This document shows positions 1 through 12,589 of a stretch of 64,000 nucleotides of DNA, piece after piece (within the stretch, counting starts at the first letter, position 1; every line of letters begins with the position of its first letter). This DNA comes from Octopus sinensis. Its lineage: Eukaryota. The notes beneath the pieces are model-generated. The model was not told the origin of the DNA and did no database searches. It saw only the letters and a list, made by a program, of their open reading frames with translations. The stretch is taken from positions 124,496,001 through 124,560,000 of the forward strand of contig NC_042998.1 of the NCBI RefSeq assembly GCF_006345805.1, written 5' to 3'. Both the position numbers and the translations under genes were made by a program.

Positions 1-1606
1 CTGAGAATATATCGTATAGACTTAGATTACGGTAACAATGAATAGGATGTCATGAGGTTAACATTGAAAAGGATCCGGCAGTCTTTTGATTTCCTACTGT
101 TATGAGCAACTCTTTTATTATCGTAGCATTTCAGGTTGATGATGGAGATACGACAACAGTCAGCAGAGATTCATTTCTATCAGTTGATCGATATCTGCCA
201 ATGAAAATTACCAATGTATGAGCTATTTTGAAGAGGAAGCACTGGACAGACATCATTACATATAGTGTTAAGAAAGTCCAAACAACAGAGAAAACAGAGC
301 TTGTACACACACACACATGCACACACACACACATTCATACGGAGAAAGAAAGATAAAGACCAAGAGAGATGTAAAGGAGATAAAGATGTAAAATGAGAAA
401 GAGAGAAAGATGGGGAAGAGAAAAGGTAGGAGCACTGAGTAAGCATAAAGACAGGCGACTGTTATATATTAATTTAGATTTATACTAAATAAAGTCGTAC
501 ATGATGTATATCCCACAAACATTATATACACACCTTATAACTATAAAAGAGGTGTATATGTTGTTTGTAGTATATGCGTACATATTCATTGCTTTTGACA
601 ATGTTCAATTTCAAATTCTTGAATGAAAGCGTTACTTGTTTTAGCAAAGCGATAAAAGGCGATGACCATTTCGGTGAGATTTGGCAATAAATGTTTTGTA
701 AAAGACTATGTAATCTTATTGTCATTTGTCTCCAATTTTAATAGGCATTTTTATACGGCAGTATTTAATAAGTTTCATGGCGCAATTCTTGATTATATCC
801 CATAGAGAAGCTAGGGATGACAAACCATCATTGCTTCACACTACCATTTAATTTCTTGGGTAACGTAAGCAGAGTTCTCAGAGCAGCAAGTATTTTGTTC
901 AAGTTTCCCTTGTGAGGATAACTAACTCGCATCTTTCTACCAGTTTTGAAAGCCTTACACAGATCATGGACACAGCCCTCCCTCCTACAATACAACTATT
1001 AACATAGAAACTTTTGATATTTTTTCTTCATAGTTAATTAACTGTTCATATTATAGTGCATCATATCGATATGATATGTTAGTGACGTTTATATGGCCGC
1101 CTGGAAATTAAAAGTTTGAGAAATAGATTTTTCATAGCAAGAGAGTTTATGTTTCTAAATTGGATACTCACCTACTCCGGCGTTCTTCTCGTTGCTCTTA
1201 TTGTTGTTGCTACAGCTGCTGCACTTGTGTGCTGCTACTGCTGCTGCTGCTGCTGTTGTTGTTGATGATGATGATGATTTACATTATTGAACTGGATGAA
1301 TTTCATAATGCCATCATTATAGAACTGGATGAACTTCATGATGCCATCACGATCAAGATCATAATATTGGTTGTGAAGGGGATTGTGGTGGTGATGGTGG
1401 CGGTCGCGGAAGTTGGGACATTGTTAATGGCGGTATTAGTAGCAGGGGTGATTGATGGTAGTGGGGATGATGTCTTTCGTATTACTAATGATGAGAATGA
1501 TAAAGAGGTTAGTTCTGCTCGAAAAGATTTCTGATAAAAATAAAAAAAAAACAATTATTACTACAGACCTTTTCAGACATATCATCTTGAAGGCTTGCCG
1601 ATATTA

Positions 1607-1827
1607 CTAAACGTAGCCTTCGTTTTTCTTTTTTTTATTTTCTAACATTTCTTTTAAGTCATCGGTGTCTGATTTGAGGAATCTTTGACTTTCCTCTTTA
1701 GCAAATCGATTTATAGGAATACCACTGCCTGGTTGTCTAAAGGTCTGCGATATTTCAGGCAGCCGTGGTAGAACACTAGAGTGGAAATCGCCAAAGAACA
1801 AAATGTAAGCATGCGGCGAACCGATGT
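1607..1827 (-). CDS. Candidate terminal coding exon of an unidentified gene (xIGSPHAYILFFGDFHSSVLPRLPEIS...KKKKNEGYV*)
   Basis: TTGCAG acceptor at 1828-1833, then 72 open non-repetitive codons to TAG at 1607-1609. No homology recognised; the polypyrimidine tract is weak. Confidence 0.4.
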
Positions 1828-2126
1828 CTGCAATGTATTTTTGATAAGTGATTCAATGATTCATTTCTAAACAAGATTTACCATAAAGAAGCGTATTCAT
1901 TAATTATTAAATGTGATGTGAGTAATAATTTTCGCTTGAACTACTATTACATATACAGTAGAGCTCAGTGACAATTATATATACTGATAATTAGCAATAT
2001 GTTTTTTTAATATTAATTTTAGCAATTTGAGTTGTTTCAGAGCTGGTTGTGTCACAGAGTTGTTCACAATTCCTTCCTTTCAGGTTAACATTTTATTTCA
2101 TCTTTAATACTTTCTGCAAATAATCT

Positions 2127-2333
2127 GGCGAGTTGGCAGAATGGTTATTTCGCCGGACAAAATGCTTAACGATATATCTTCTGAGTTTACGTTCCGTGTT
2201 CAGATCACGCCAAGGTCGACTTTGCTTTTCATCCCTTTGGGATCGATAAAATAAGAACCGGCTCAGAACTGGGGTTGATGCAACCGACTTAACCCTTCCC
2301 CTGAAATTGCTGGTCTTGTGTCAAAATTTGAAA
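2127..2333 (+). mobile_element. SINE family 1 copy (tail-a)
   Basis: GGCGAGTTGGCAGAAT head, GTCGACTTTGCTTTTCATCC body and ...CTTGTGTCAAAATTTGAAA tail, repeated many times in the window. Confidence 0.85.
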
Positions 2334-2399
2334 TTAATATTTTGTTTATTGTGTATGATTACAAAAGAATCTGCCGCGGTGCACGACAAGATAGGACTA

Positions 2400-4190
2400 C
2401 TGTTTGAAGAAGACACATTTACTAACTGCAGTCACCAGGAGTATAAGTGAAGTGCTAAATAAACAATCCCAAAGTATCTTAAATACTTCACTGGAAAATA
2501 TGCAAATATGCATGCTTGATGAGTTCTTCGTTACTGCATATCTACACGGGAAAGAGTCAACCATAGATTACATCGACATAAAGGAGAAAGATGTAAAATC
2601 GGCTATCGATGAGAAGAGCGCAAATTCAGCAATGGGCTGATAAGGAATTTCGGCTATTGAAAGACATGCAAGACCCCTCTCGCAAAACTACTGCAAATAT
2701 TTTTTCAGTGTTTTCTTGTATGCTACAAACTTTCAAAACTGTTAAGAAAGGGTATCATATGCCTTATCTATAACAGAGAAAGCAGAGCGGATGTTAAAAA
2801 TTATAGGCCTGTCTCTCTGACGTCGCATGTTAGCAAGGCTACGGAACTCGTTTCTCAGAAGGTGGCTGAACATGTTCCTGGAAGAAAATAACTTAATCAC
2901 AAATAAGCAATACGCCTTTCGTTCAGCGATGAGCTGCCCCACGCCACTACAAAATCACTATGACTGAGTACTAAAACAAAAGCTCAACCGCTCAAATGTG
3001 GATGTAATATATCTCGACTTTGCGAGGGCCTTTGACAAGTTGATCATGGGGTGCTATGTCACAAACTGCGTGACGTTGGTATCGCTGGAAAATTAGAAGA
3101 GTGGCTGCATGACGTTTTGAAAGGTAGAATCCAGAAGTGAAACACCTAACGGTACTCTCTCCAGGAAGTTATCAAGCCCTCACGGAACTGTACAAGGAAC
3201 ATTACTTGTTTGTGGTTGCTTTCTCAGACATGCCCTCAGCAATACTGTCAGCAACTCTAAACCAGCTATGCTGATGATACAAAAATATCACAGGCGGGCG
3301 AAGGACCCTGATAGACCTGAATGCAATATACAGGTGGGCTGATGAATATAACAGGCAGTCTCAAGTATTCCACTATCGGCTCACAAACAGATAACAACTG
3401 GAATACTAGGACCAGGGGATGGTGTAATCCCAGAGTCAGGACTGGGACCCGACCTAGGAATCCGCATGAGTAAATGATGCAACATTTCATGTGCGTATTT
3501 CCAAGATGTTAACATTGTTCAGGCGAGTAGTCGGATCGATTCTGGGTTCTTTCAGAACCAGGAGAAAGTGTATCACGCTACTCTTGTGGAGAACCATCAT
3601 AATCAGTAGTCTGGATTACTGCTTCCAATTATGGTCGCCGCAGAGCATCAAATTGATGGCAGAACACGCGACAATCCGTTGCCACTGCTCAAAGGAGATT
3701 GATCCGGTGAAATACATGAACTACTGAGAAGCACTAAAGGAACTGAAGCTCTACTCCCGAGATATAAGACGTGAAAGATATGAACTGATATACATATGGA
3801 AGATCCAGAAAGGTTTAGCTCCCAACTTTGGAATCAAAATCTATACTAACCACCGAAATGAACGACACTGTATAGTACCAAAGATCCAATTTCTCCGTCT
3901 AGGATAAGGATTTAGTACTGTAACAGCTTGGGTTTAATAGTTAATAACTATTCAAAATTCAGCCAAACAGCCTCAGAGATTTGCGAGGTGTAGATGTCTA
4001 AGTCTTCAAAAACATCAGGATAAATTTTTATTTGGGATACCAGATCTCCCATCGCTGCAGGAAGAAAAGCAGCTCCGTTCAACTCGCTACTTCATCTAAA
4101 ACAATACTGAAAAGAAACCTAATGACACTGAAAAGTGGTGCTCCAGCAAGGCCTCGGTCTTTGGTTAAAACCAATAAAGCAAATAAAACC
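2400..4190 (+). mobile_element. Degenerate CR1-group (CR1/L2/Crack-like) LINE, RT region to 3' end
   Basis: Broken frames give NYRPVSLTSHVSK, VDVIYLDFARAFDK, YADDTKI and LDYCFQLWSP. The 3' end runs into an (ATGT)n tail. Confidence 0.9.
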
Positions 4191-4193
4191 ATT

Positions 4194-4320
4194 ATGTATG
4201 TATGTATGTATGTATGTATGTATGTATGTATGTATGTATGTATGTATGCATGCATGCATGTTTGTATGTATGTTTGTATGTATGTATGTATGTATGTATG
4301 TATGTATGTATGCATGTATA
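4194..4320. repeat. (ATGT)n microsatellite; similar arrays at ~5175-5290, 20905-20990, 31870-31920, 37990-38150
   Basis: Direct inspection. These arrays generate the spurious MYVC/HTYI ORFs in the track. Confidence 0.98.
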
Positions 4321-4914
4321 TTTCGTTCATTTCATAATTCTTAGTTCAACAATATGCTTATATTGGAATACTTCTCGTATATTATGTACTATTTGCAATC
4401 GCTACTATATCGATAGCTTAAATCAATGACATTCCTGCTTGGAACTATGCTCGCCACAATCATTGCGAGCAACGTACATTGTACAAATTTCAAATAGCTA
4501 TTGCTTGACGATCACCCACAGACTTCGAATGTTCAACTTTTACTTTGGCTTTCCATCTCCAACTCTAATATCTACGATAGCACCCCGACACCACCAACCA
4601 TAAATCTAAATACGTAACAAGCTTGTATTCTTTCCTTTTAGAATCGTGACAAGCTCTAATATATCACCAGTGTGGTTAAAGCTGAATTTCGAATTTTGAT
4701 AAGAGATAGCAAGACATGTCAGATGGGATTCAGTTCAGGATTGTTAGTAGAACTGACGACACACACGAACACGCAAACACACACACATACACACCATACA
4801 CATACCACATACCACCACACACATACACTACATGCACACACTAATACACACTATACAGCACGGGAAAACTAGTTGAGATTAACAGGAAAACAATGTCAGG
4901 GTCAGGTTTCTTAC

Positions 4915-4941
4915 AATATATCAGGCCCATGTTACGAATAT
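4915..4941 (-). CDS. Candidate 27-nt micro-exon (xIRNMGLIY)
   Basis: CTTCGTTTTCAG acceptor and GTAAGA donor. Phase 1-1 and compatible with the 1607-1827 exon (joined reading ...IRNMGLIYYIGSPHAY...). Could be chance. Confidence 0.3.
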
Positions 4942-5170
4942 CTGAAAACGAAGTTGAATTTCCGATGGCTGACATTCTCCATCTTTCTGGTAACTTCATA
5001 AATACATATAATAGAACAGCATTAACTGATAAATCTTCACCCATGAACATACACATATATACACTCATATGCATATTCACACGCAAATACAGTTATCTAA
5101 ATTCATGGCATTGGCGAATTTGAGTTATTCCTCTTGGTTTATATTTTATTATATATATATATATACGTGT

Positions 5171-5202
<32 letters not shown>

Positions 5203-5236
5203 TGTATGTATGCATGCATGCATGCATGCATGTATG

Positions 5237-5270
<34 letters not shown>

Positions 5271-5689
5271 TGTATGTATGTATGTGTATGTATTTATGTG
5301 CTATATGTGCGTAAATGCCTGTATATAATTATGGGTAAGCATGTAGATGGTGTGACCTTTAAAACATTCCACAATCACAATCACAAATACGTATACAGAC
5401 ACACACACGCGCACATTAATACATATGCATACATTCAGCTTATATCGGATATCTAGTGATTTACGAGCCAGTACTGCCGTGTATTTGAATTGCTTGTCTA
5501 TACATATATGTTCATGTGTATTAGTATTTGCGTGTATGTGAGTGCGCGTGTGTGTGTGCGCATGCTTGCATATATCACCGTTACAAAACAGTGATACAAT
5601 GTTTTTCACTACAAGTAAACTACAGTAAAAGAAATCCATGTCTACTGTCAGTACAGACTGACTCCTAGGTTGTTCCACTGATGTTACTA

Positions 5690-6600
5690 AAGTGATTTTA
5701 TTGTTTCCTGTTCTTTGATTTGTTTAGCCAGTTGTCGAATTGCAGACATTCTGGTGCAGAGTATTTGTGAGCATGAAAACGTTTACGGCGGATGGCTATA
5801 ATTAATAAAAGAAGAAACTGTTCTAGTAATATGTCCGTGATAATGCCGCTAGCTGAGTCAACTAAACATGGAATAATCAGATGGGCAGTCGGCACCACAC
5901 TACAACATCTCCTAGGCCAGGTTACTTTGCACTCGACAACTCAGTAGTCACATAGTTGTGTAATGGTAGCTATTGTGATGATATAAATCAATTCAGCATT
6001 TGTGTAATGCACTTTGACGAAAGAGATATCGTTTTACACTCATCTGTTCCTTTCTGTCTGCAAAGAAATGTAAATCTTTGTGACCGAAGGAGGAAGTTTA
6101 ACTATCATGTACTTAACAGTTTGACATCAGAGGAAATCACCAGTCTGTCGAATGAAACAACTTCTGATATTAATGTGATCGACTAAGTCATTTCTGCTTT
6201 AGCAATGTTATTTTATATATTTGGTCAGAAGTAAAATCCAGTAGCATGCATGAACTTTGCTGTACTTTCAGACTGATGGGATTTATGCAGCCGGTTGCCC
6301 AACTCGAATATCTCCCAAATAAAATCTGCAAAGGAAAAGAATCAGGACAGCAGCCTGAATGCTTGTAATAGAGTAGACAAGTAAAAGTACCCAAATGTTG
6401 GTATCTAACTGGGTAGATAATCATGGTGTTGTTTATGCACAATCAAGTCTTCATTTTGCTAACCTATGATCACAAGCTTTCCTGCCATGAGATACCATTT
6501 TTATATATATTGGCGGCTATTTCTAAGAAGGTTGAATATCCTTGTGGGAGCTACCCCATGGCAAAGGACTTCTTATAACGCAGCGATGATATGTCATAAG
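5690..6600 (+). mobile_element. Heavily decayed piggyBac-like transposase relic
   Basis: Fragments in the expected piggyBac order: FFDLF..ADILVQSICEHENVY, LSQLNME*SD...ARL, FDE, SSMHEL..DGIYAAG, NWVDNHGVVYAQSS, YIGG. Many stops and frameshifts; no TIRs found. Confidence 0.45.
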
Positions 6601-7895
6601 GAGGGAAAGAAACTAATTATTCCTCTTACTTTTTGTAAAGCACAGTAGCTTTCATTCCATATGTGTATCAGGAGATTACATCAGTTTTATCTAAGTCATT
6701 ATTCAAGTTACTGAAATTAAATGATTTAAACCGGAAATCAAATGTATGACTCGCTTTCTCGACGCCCCTGAGAAAAACTGAAATCCATCTTTTTTATATT
6801 AAGTTCGTGCCTTATATCATGTATAAAGCAAAATTGTATTTTATAATAATATAGAGTAAATATGTCGGAATTACGTCAATTCAATATAGACTTTATTCAA
6901 CTATTACAATAACTATATGTAATACTTTATAGTGCCATATCAAATTTCGTTATTAAGATACCGATGTGCCTATCATTTATAATGTATTTACGATAGTAGA
7001 ACGGCGTTAGCTGCAAATTTTTGTGTTAGGGGAATTTCTCTTTGAAGATTTTGTATGGAAAACGAGCATGCTTTGGATAAGGGTAGAGAAGAGTTGTCGC
7101 ACAGTGATCCTTTGACTAAATTACATCTCCTCAGTGACTAGTCTCGCCATCTGCAGCCTTTCGGCTTCGACTACAGAATGCAGGAATTTGACTTAATCCT
7201 GGCCTGTGTCCCCATAAATCATTAAATGTTTACTTTGAAAAATACGTCAAACGGAACGACTGGAGGTTTCTGTCCCTGAGGAAACAAATCTTAAACGGAA
7301 ACACCTGTGTCTGAAGGCCCTCCAGTGCTATTTGAAACATACTCTGTAGTTAAAATACAAATTTCTAAAGAAAACTTTCTTTGAAGCATAATCCTACTGC
7401 TAGCGCTTATGAATATAATATAAATGATATACATCTCGTTATTTTTTTAACAGAATACTGTTCCAAATGCATAAATGCATATATTTCTTTCGCTGTTGAT
7501 GGGGTTTATTAAAAACTATGCATAAAATCACAGTTAATGGCAATTTCGTAACCGTAGTAAATCATTAACGAATAGTAATACAGCAATACATACTAATATT
7601 GTTAGCAACATCATAACGATTTCCACAATCAACCGTTTTATCAGCAACGACGATATCGTCAGAATTTTCACATTTTCAGGCATTGTACTTTCACTTTCTA
7701 GAAGGACACATTATTACTATGATGATAATTGCAAACTGACGCTACAACAACAAAAAAACACTCTTCAATAATATGAGTAACAGAACAACCTAATTATATG
7801 AATTATGAATATGTTCATCGTGGATAACTCTCCAAAACCAGCGAACGAAATTTTCATTGTTCTTAGTATATTCTTCATAATATGAATATATTTTT

Positions 7896-8037
7896 CTTTA
7901 CTACCCACAAGGGGCTAAACACAGAGGGAACAAGCAAGGACATACAAACGGATTAAGTCGATTACATCGACCCCAGTGCGTAACTGGTACTTAATTTATC
8001 GACCCCGAAAGGATGAAAGGCAAAGTCAACTTCGGCG
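7896..8037 (-). mobile_element. SINE family 1 (tail-b), 5'-truncated
   Basis: Reverse complement of the family body plus the CCCCTTGTGGGTAGTAAAGAAA tail. Confidence 0.85.
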
Positions 8038-8162
8038 AGGTCGACTTTGCCTATCGTCCTTTCGGGTCGATAAATTACGTACCAGTTGCGTTCTGAGGTC
8101 GATCTAATCGACTGGCTCTCACCCCCAAAATTTCGGGTCTTGTGCCTAGAGTAGAAAAGAAT
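8038..8162 (+). mobile_element. SINE family 1, 5'-truncated, head-to-head with the previous copy
   Basis: GGTCGACTTTGCCTATCGTCCTTTCGGGTCGATAAATT...CTTGTGCCTAGAGTAGAAAAG. Confidence 0.85.
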
Positions 8163-8189
8163 ATGTATATATGAAGAAAGACGACAAGC

Positions 8190-8395
8190 TAACAGAAACG
8201 TTAGCACGACAGGCGAAATGCTCAGCGGCGTTTCGTCTCTTTTCACGCTCTGAGTTGAAACTCCGCCGATGTCCACTTTGTCTTTCATCCCTTTAGAGGT
8301 TCCATAAGATAAATACCAGTTGAGTATTATAGTCGATGTATTCGACATATCACCTCACACAAAATTGCTGGCCTTGGGCCAAATTTTGTAATCAA
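8190..8395 (+). mobile_element. SINE family 1 (tail-a)
   Basis: CAGAAACGTTAGCACG head through the AAATTGCTGGCCTTGGGCCAAATTTT tail. Confidence 0.8.
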
Positions 8396-8766
8396 CATTA
8401 ATATCCTGTATTAATTTTCTAAAATGATCGTGGGAAGTATCACACAGGGACTCGGATGACTAACCTTATACGCCAAAATGATAAAATAATCGAATTTAAG
8501 ATGTCATATCAAGGACAATATATTTTGCACCCTCGTACATATTATTGTATTATATAACGATTATACTTTCACTCTCCTTATCTCTTACTCTCCCAGCCTC
8601 TCCTCTGCATACCCACCTCTCTCTCTCTTTCTCTTTCTCTCTCTCTCTCTTTCTCTCTCCGTCTTTCTGCCCCTTCCTATCTTATTCCCTGATGACACAT
8701 TAGCAATAATATATTCATAGAACAATAAAAGTTTCGCGATATTTCTACAAACACAGACACACACAT

Positions 8767-8811
<45 letters not shown>

Positions 8812-8958
8812 TACGCGCGCGCGCGCTCATACGATGCCATCAGGCGACTGCACTAACACAGGCATAGCCCTACTCACAAGCAAATACACGTTTGAACACA
8901 TTCCCTGAGTAGGGACGTTATTGTGTGTACCTGTAATAAAATATGTGAATGTTTGCGC

Positions 8959-9157
8959 GCAGGCGAGGCTGTATGGTAAGAAGCTTGGTCCTTACGCACA
9001 AGGCTCTGGGTTCAGTTCCACTGCGTGGCATTTTGGGCAGGTATCTTCTACAATGGCCTTGGTCCCACCAAAGCCTTGTGAGTGGAATTGGTAGATGGAA
9101 CCTGAGTGAAACCCGTCATTTGTGTGTGTGTGTGAACATGCGTGCGTATGTGTGTGC

Positions 9158-9194
<37 letters not shown>

Positions 9195-9405
9195 TGTATT
9201 TCTGCTTGTTCATCACCAGTACTTGAGAATTGATGTTGGTGTGTTTACTTTCCATAATCTAGCAGTTCGGCAACGAGTATCAACAGAATAAGTACAAGGC
9301 TTTAAAAAAGTACTGGGGTCCATTCATCCGACTAAAAATTCTTCACGAGGTATCCCAGCATGGCCACAGTCTAATGAGTGAAATAAGTAAAACATAAAAG
9401 ATAAA
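8959..9405 (+). mobile_element. SINE family 2 (tRNA-like head, internal (TG)n, GTAAAA-type tail)
   Basis: GGCTGTATGGTAAG A-box-like and GGGTTCAGTTCC B-box-like motifs; same layout as 11382-11817. Confidence 0.8.
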
Positions 9406-9419
9406 ATAATATTTGCATA

Positions 9420-9842
9420 TTCTTTTCTACTCTAGGCACAAGGCTTGACATTTTGGAGGAGAGGACTAGTCGATTAGATCGACCCCAGCACGCAATTGGC
9501 ACTTAATCTATCGAACCCGAAAAGATGAAAGGCAAAATCGACCTCGGCGGAATTTGAACTCTGAACGAAAAGACAGAAGAACTACTGCTAAGCATTCCGC
9601 CCGGCGTGCTAACACTTTTTATTTCTTTACTGCCCACAAGGGCTACACACAGAGGAGACAAACAAGGACAGACAAACGGATTAAGTCGATTATTAAGTCG
9701 TAACTGGCACTTATTTAATCGACCCCGAAAGGATGAAAGGCAAAGTCGACCTCGGCGTAATTTGAACTCAGAACGTAACGGCAGACGAAATACCGCTAAG
9801 TATTTCGCCCGGCGTGCTAACGTTTCTACCAGCTCTCCTCCT
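9420..9842 (-). mobile_element. Two tandem SINE family 1 copies (9420-9620 tail-a type; 9620-9842 tail-b type); a third fragment at ~9995-10128
   Basis: Each contains CGACCCCGAAAGGATGAAAGGCAAAGTCGACCTCGGCG or a close variant (reverse family body). Confidence 0.85.
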
Positions 9843-10612
9843 TAGAACACGAGCATGTTATCTGAGTTATGGTAGTGCAGAATGTTATGTGGGAAAAGAA
9901 ATATGGAGTATTATGCTATAATTTTTTTATTGATTCACAAACAAAAAGTTACAATGAAAAGACTTGTACCACAAGTTGATGTTAGTTTCAATTTTTAGAA
10001 CAAAGCCAGTAATTTACCATTAAGTCAGTTAGATCAACCCCAGTGCTCAGCTGGTACGTATTTTATGACCCAGAAAAGATGAAAGGCAAATCGAGCTCGG
10101 GGGAATTTGTTCTCAGAACGTAAAAGGGGCGTATCCGTTTCGTTCTAAGAAATTTAACAAAATTTGGTTTTTGGGTTGAGATATCATTTCTGAAAATATG
10201 TCAGTGAATCATTAGATGATATTTGCAGCTACACACTTTCCTCGGTGGTATTTGAACTCATAACGTGTATCTACACTAAGTAACCGCGCCAACACCAGTT
10301 CTCAAGCGGTGGAGAGGAACAAACAGAGATACAAAGACGCATACAAATACACACGCATAAACACGCACACACAAATACACACACACACACACACTACAAG
10401 ATGCAATTTACAATCAGTAAACAGACATAAAGTCTGTTATCAATTATATTGTCGTATATCTTAAAGACATTGCCAAAAATGTTGTATATATCGAAACAAT
10501 AAAGAGTTCGATAAGTATAAACTAATTTCATCTTTAGTGCAAGAATATAATAAAATATAGTAGCATATAATGGTAATTCACTTGCAAATATACTCTTGAC
10601 ATTCACATTATG

Positions 10613-10614
<2 letters not shown>

Positions 10615-10672
<58 letters not shown>

Positions 10673-10790
10673 CATATATGTATGTCTGTATATATATATA
10701 TATAATATATATATATAATATATATATATAAATAATTTAAAGCAACATATGTATATATCTATCTGTCGATCTATATATGTACATATATAT

Positions 10791-10874
<84 letters not shown>

Positions 10875-10880
10875 ATTAAT
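10615..10880. repeat. (TA)n microsatellite; many others, e.g. 11817-11888, 27325-27386, 31045-31120, 31797-31868, 41860-41932, 46595-46797
   Basis: Direct inspection. Confidence 0.98.
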
Positions 10881-11208
10881 GTACATTTAATGTACATCTA
10901 TAAAGATAAAAGCTACTAATAGTTTCTTTCTATGAGGATACATGACAAGCCACCTGTCTTCATAGCAAGAAATTATAAGTAGCTCTTATATTTAGACAGT
11001 GTACAATCGAATGTATTCTGTCCGGACACACGCTCGGATTTTACCACACGTACTCGTAAATAAAATGGTGCATAACATTTATATAAATATATATGCGTGT
11101 GTGTGTATGTGTGTGCTTGTGTGTGTGTACCTAAGTATATATGTATATATATATATATATATTAGAGAATAAGGTGTACGTACGCCGCAATAATATATAT
11201 ATATAAAA

Positions 11209-11363
11209 GTACGAAAAGGACAAGAACGCAAAACATTCAAGATTTATCTGCCGATATTGCGAGGATGATCCGGTTCTTGACTGAAGATTAGAAGCTTCGA
11301 ATGACCCGTCCGTGTTTTTTGTATCGTCTATTTGAATGTTTTGCGTTCTTGTCCCATTTTGTA
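11209..11363. mobile_element. 155-bp fold-back element with ~27-bp terminal inverted repeats, inside (TA)n
   Basis: AAAAGGACAAGAACGCAAAACATTCAA ... TTGAATGTTTTGCGTTCTTGTCCCATTTT. Confidence 0.7.
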
Positions 11364-11381
11364 TTTATATATATATATATA

Positions 11382-11543
11382 GGCGCAGGAGTGGCTGTGT
11401 GGTAAGTAGCTTGCTAACCAACCACATGGTTCTGGGTTCAATCCCACTGCGTGGCATCTTGGGCAAGTGTCTTTTGCTATAGCCCCGGGCCGACCAATGC
11501 CTTGTGAGTGGATTTGGTAGACGGAAACTGAAAGAAGCCTGTC

Positions 11544-11577
<34 letters not shown>

Positions 11578-11815
11578 GTATGTGTGTGTGTGTTTGTGTG
11601 TCTGTGTTTGTCCCCTAGCATTGCTTGACAACCGATGCTGGTGTGTGTTTACGTCCCCGTCACTTAGCGGTTCGGCAAAAGAGACCGATATAATAAGTAC
11701 GGGGCTTACAAAAAATAAGTCTCGGGGTCGATTTGCTCGACTAAAGGCGGTGCTCCAGCATGACCGCAGTCAAATGACTGAAACAAGTAAAAGAGTAAAA
11801 GAGTAAGAGTAAGAG

Positions 11816-11817
<2 letters not shown>
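11382..11817 (+). mobile_element. SINE family 2, full length
   Basis: tRNA-like head (GTGGCTGTGTGGTAAG, GGGTTCAATCCC), CTTGGGCAAGTGTC, internal (TA)n(TG)n, GGTGCTCCAGCATGACCGCAGTC and (GTAAAAGA)n tail. Confidence 0.92.
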
Positions 11818-11890
<73 letters not shown>

Positions 11891-12326
11891 GTATTGCATA
11901 TTTGAGAATATTTCCCCTGTCAATTATCAATTCTTTATCTTTACCTCAAAACCTTTCTTCTCTGCTCTGCAAGTGAATCACACTTCACTTCATTTAGATA
12001 CATACGCAAACATTCACATGTACCTGCGTACAAACATTTATACGCACTTACACACACACATACACACACACATATATATATGTTCTGGTAGAGCTATGAC
12101 AGCAGAAACGACGTAAATATTTTGAATACCACTATTGATATGAATATGTTAAAGCATTGGTTTTATCCTTTATGTTTTAAGTCTATGTGGTCATCTGACG
12201 AGAACGGTTTCTTTCAGATGATATAATGTTTTCATTAATCAATGAAGAAGTCGCTTGAAACGGCCCTGATGAATTTACACCTGTACATAAACTTAGATAT
12301 GTTTCGACCAAAGATTGGTCCAAGCC

Positions 12327-12378
<52 letters not shown>

Positions 12379-12589
12379 TGTTGTGTCTGGGGAGAGTCAT
12401 TTTCTTTTTGTGCCTTATAATGTAACACACTCACCGGTAAAATTTCCACTTATTTCTTATTTTTATTTTCCTAAAATTTTCGTGGCGTCTTGCAACCTTT
12501 TCAATAGTCTTGACTTTGTCCGTTATTTACACTGCGTTCCCTTTTGTTTGTTTGTGAGCTATATATATATATAGTAAATTTTATTCTGC

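Noticed and set aside
1160-1534. 124-aa ORF with a hydrophobic run and a 33-bp internal duplication
   Set aside because: Composed of degenerate TGC/TGT/TGA/GGT trinucleotide repeats.
5698-6442. Minus-strand ORFs resembling an Ig motif (HLGTFTC) and a TM-plus-basic tail
   Set aside because: The plus strand gives piggyBac-like motifs in the correct order, so these are more likely antisense shadows.
7234-7343. Splice-bounded minus segment reading EYVSNSTGGPSDTGVSV*DLFPQG..., suggesting a stop repaired by A-to-I editing or a 15-nt intron
   Set aside because: UAA needs two edits to become Trp, and a 15-nt intron is implausible in a metazoan. Another frame is fully open, and the flanking sequence looks like decayed coding DNA.
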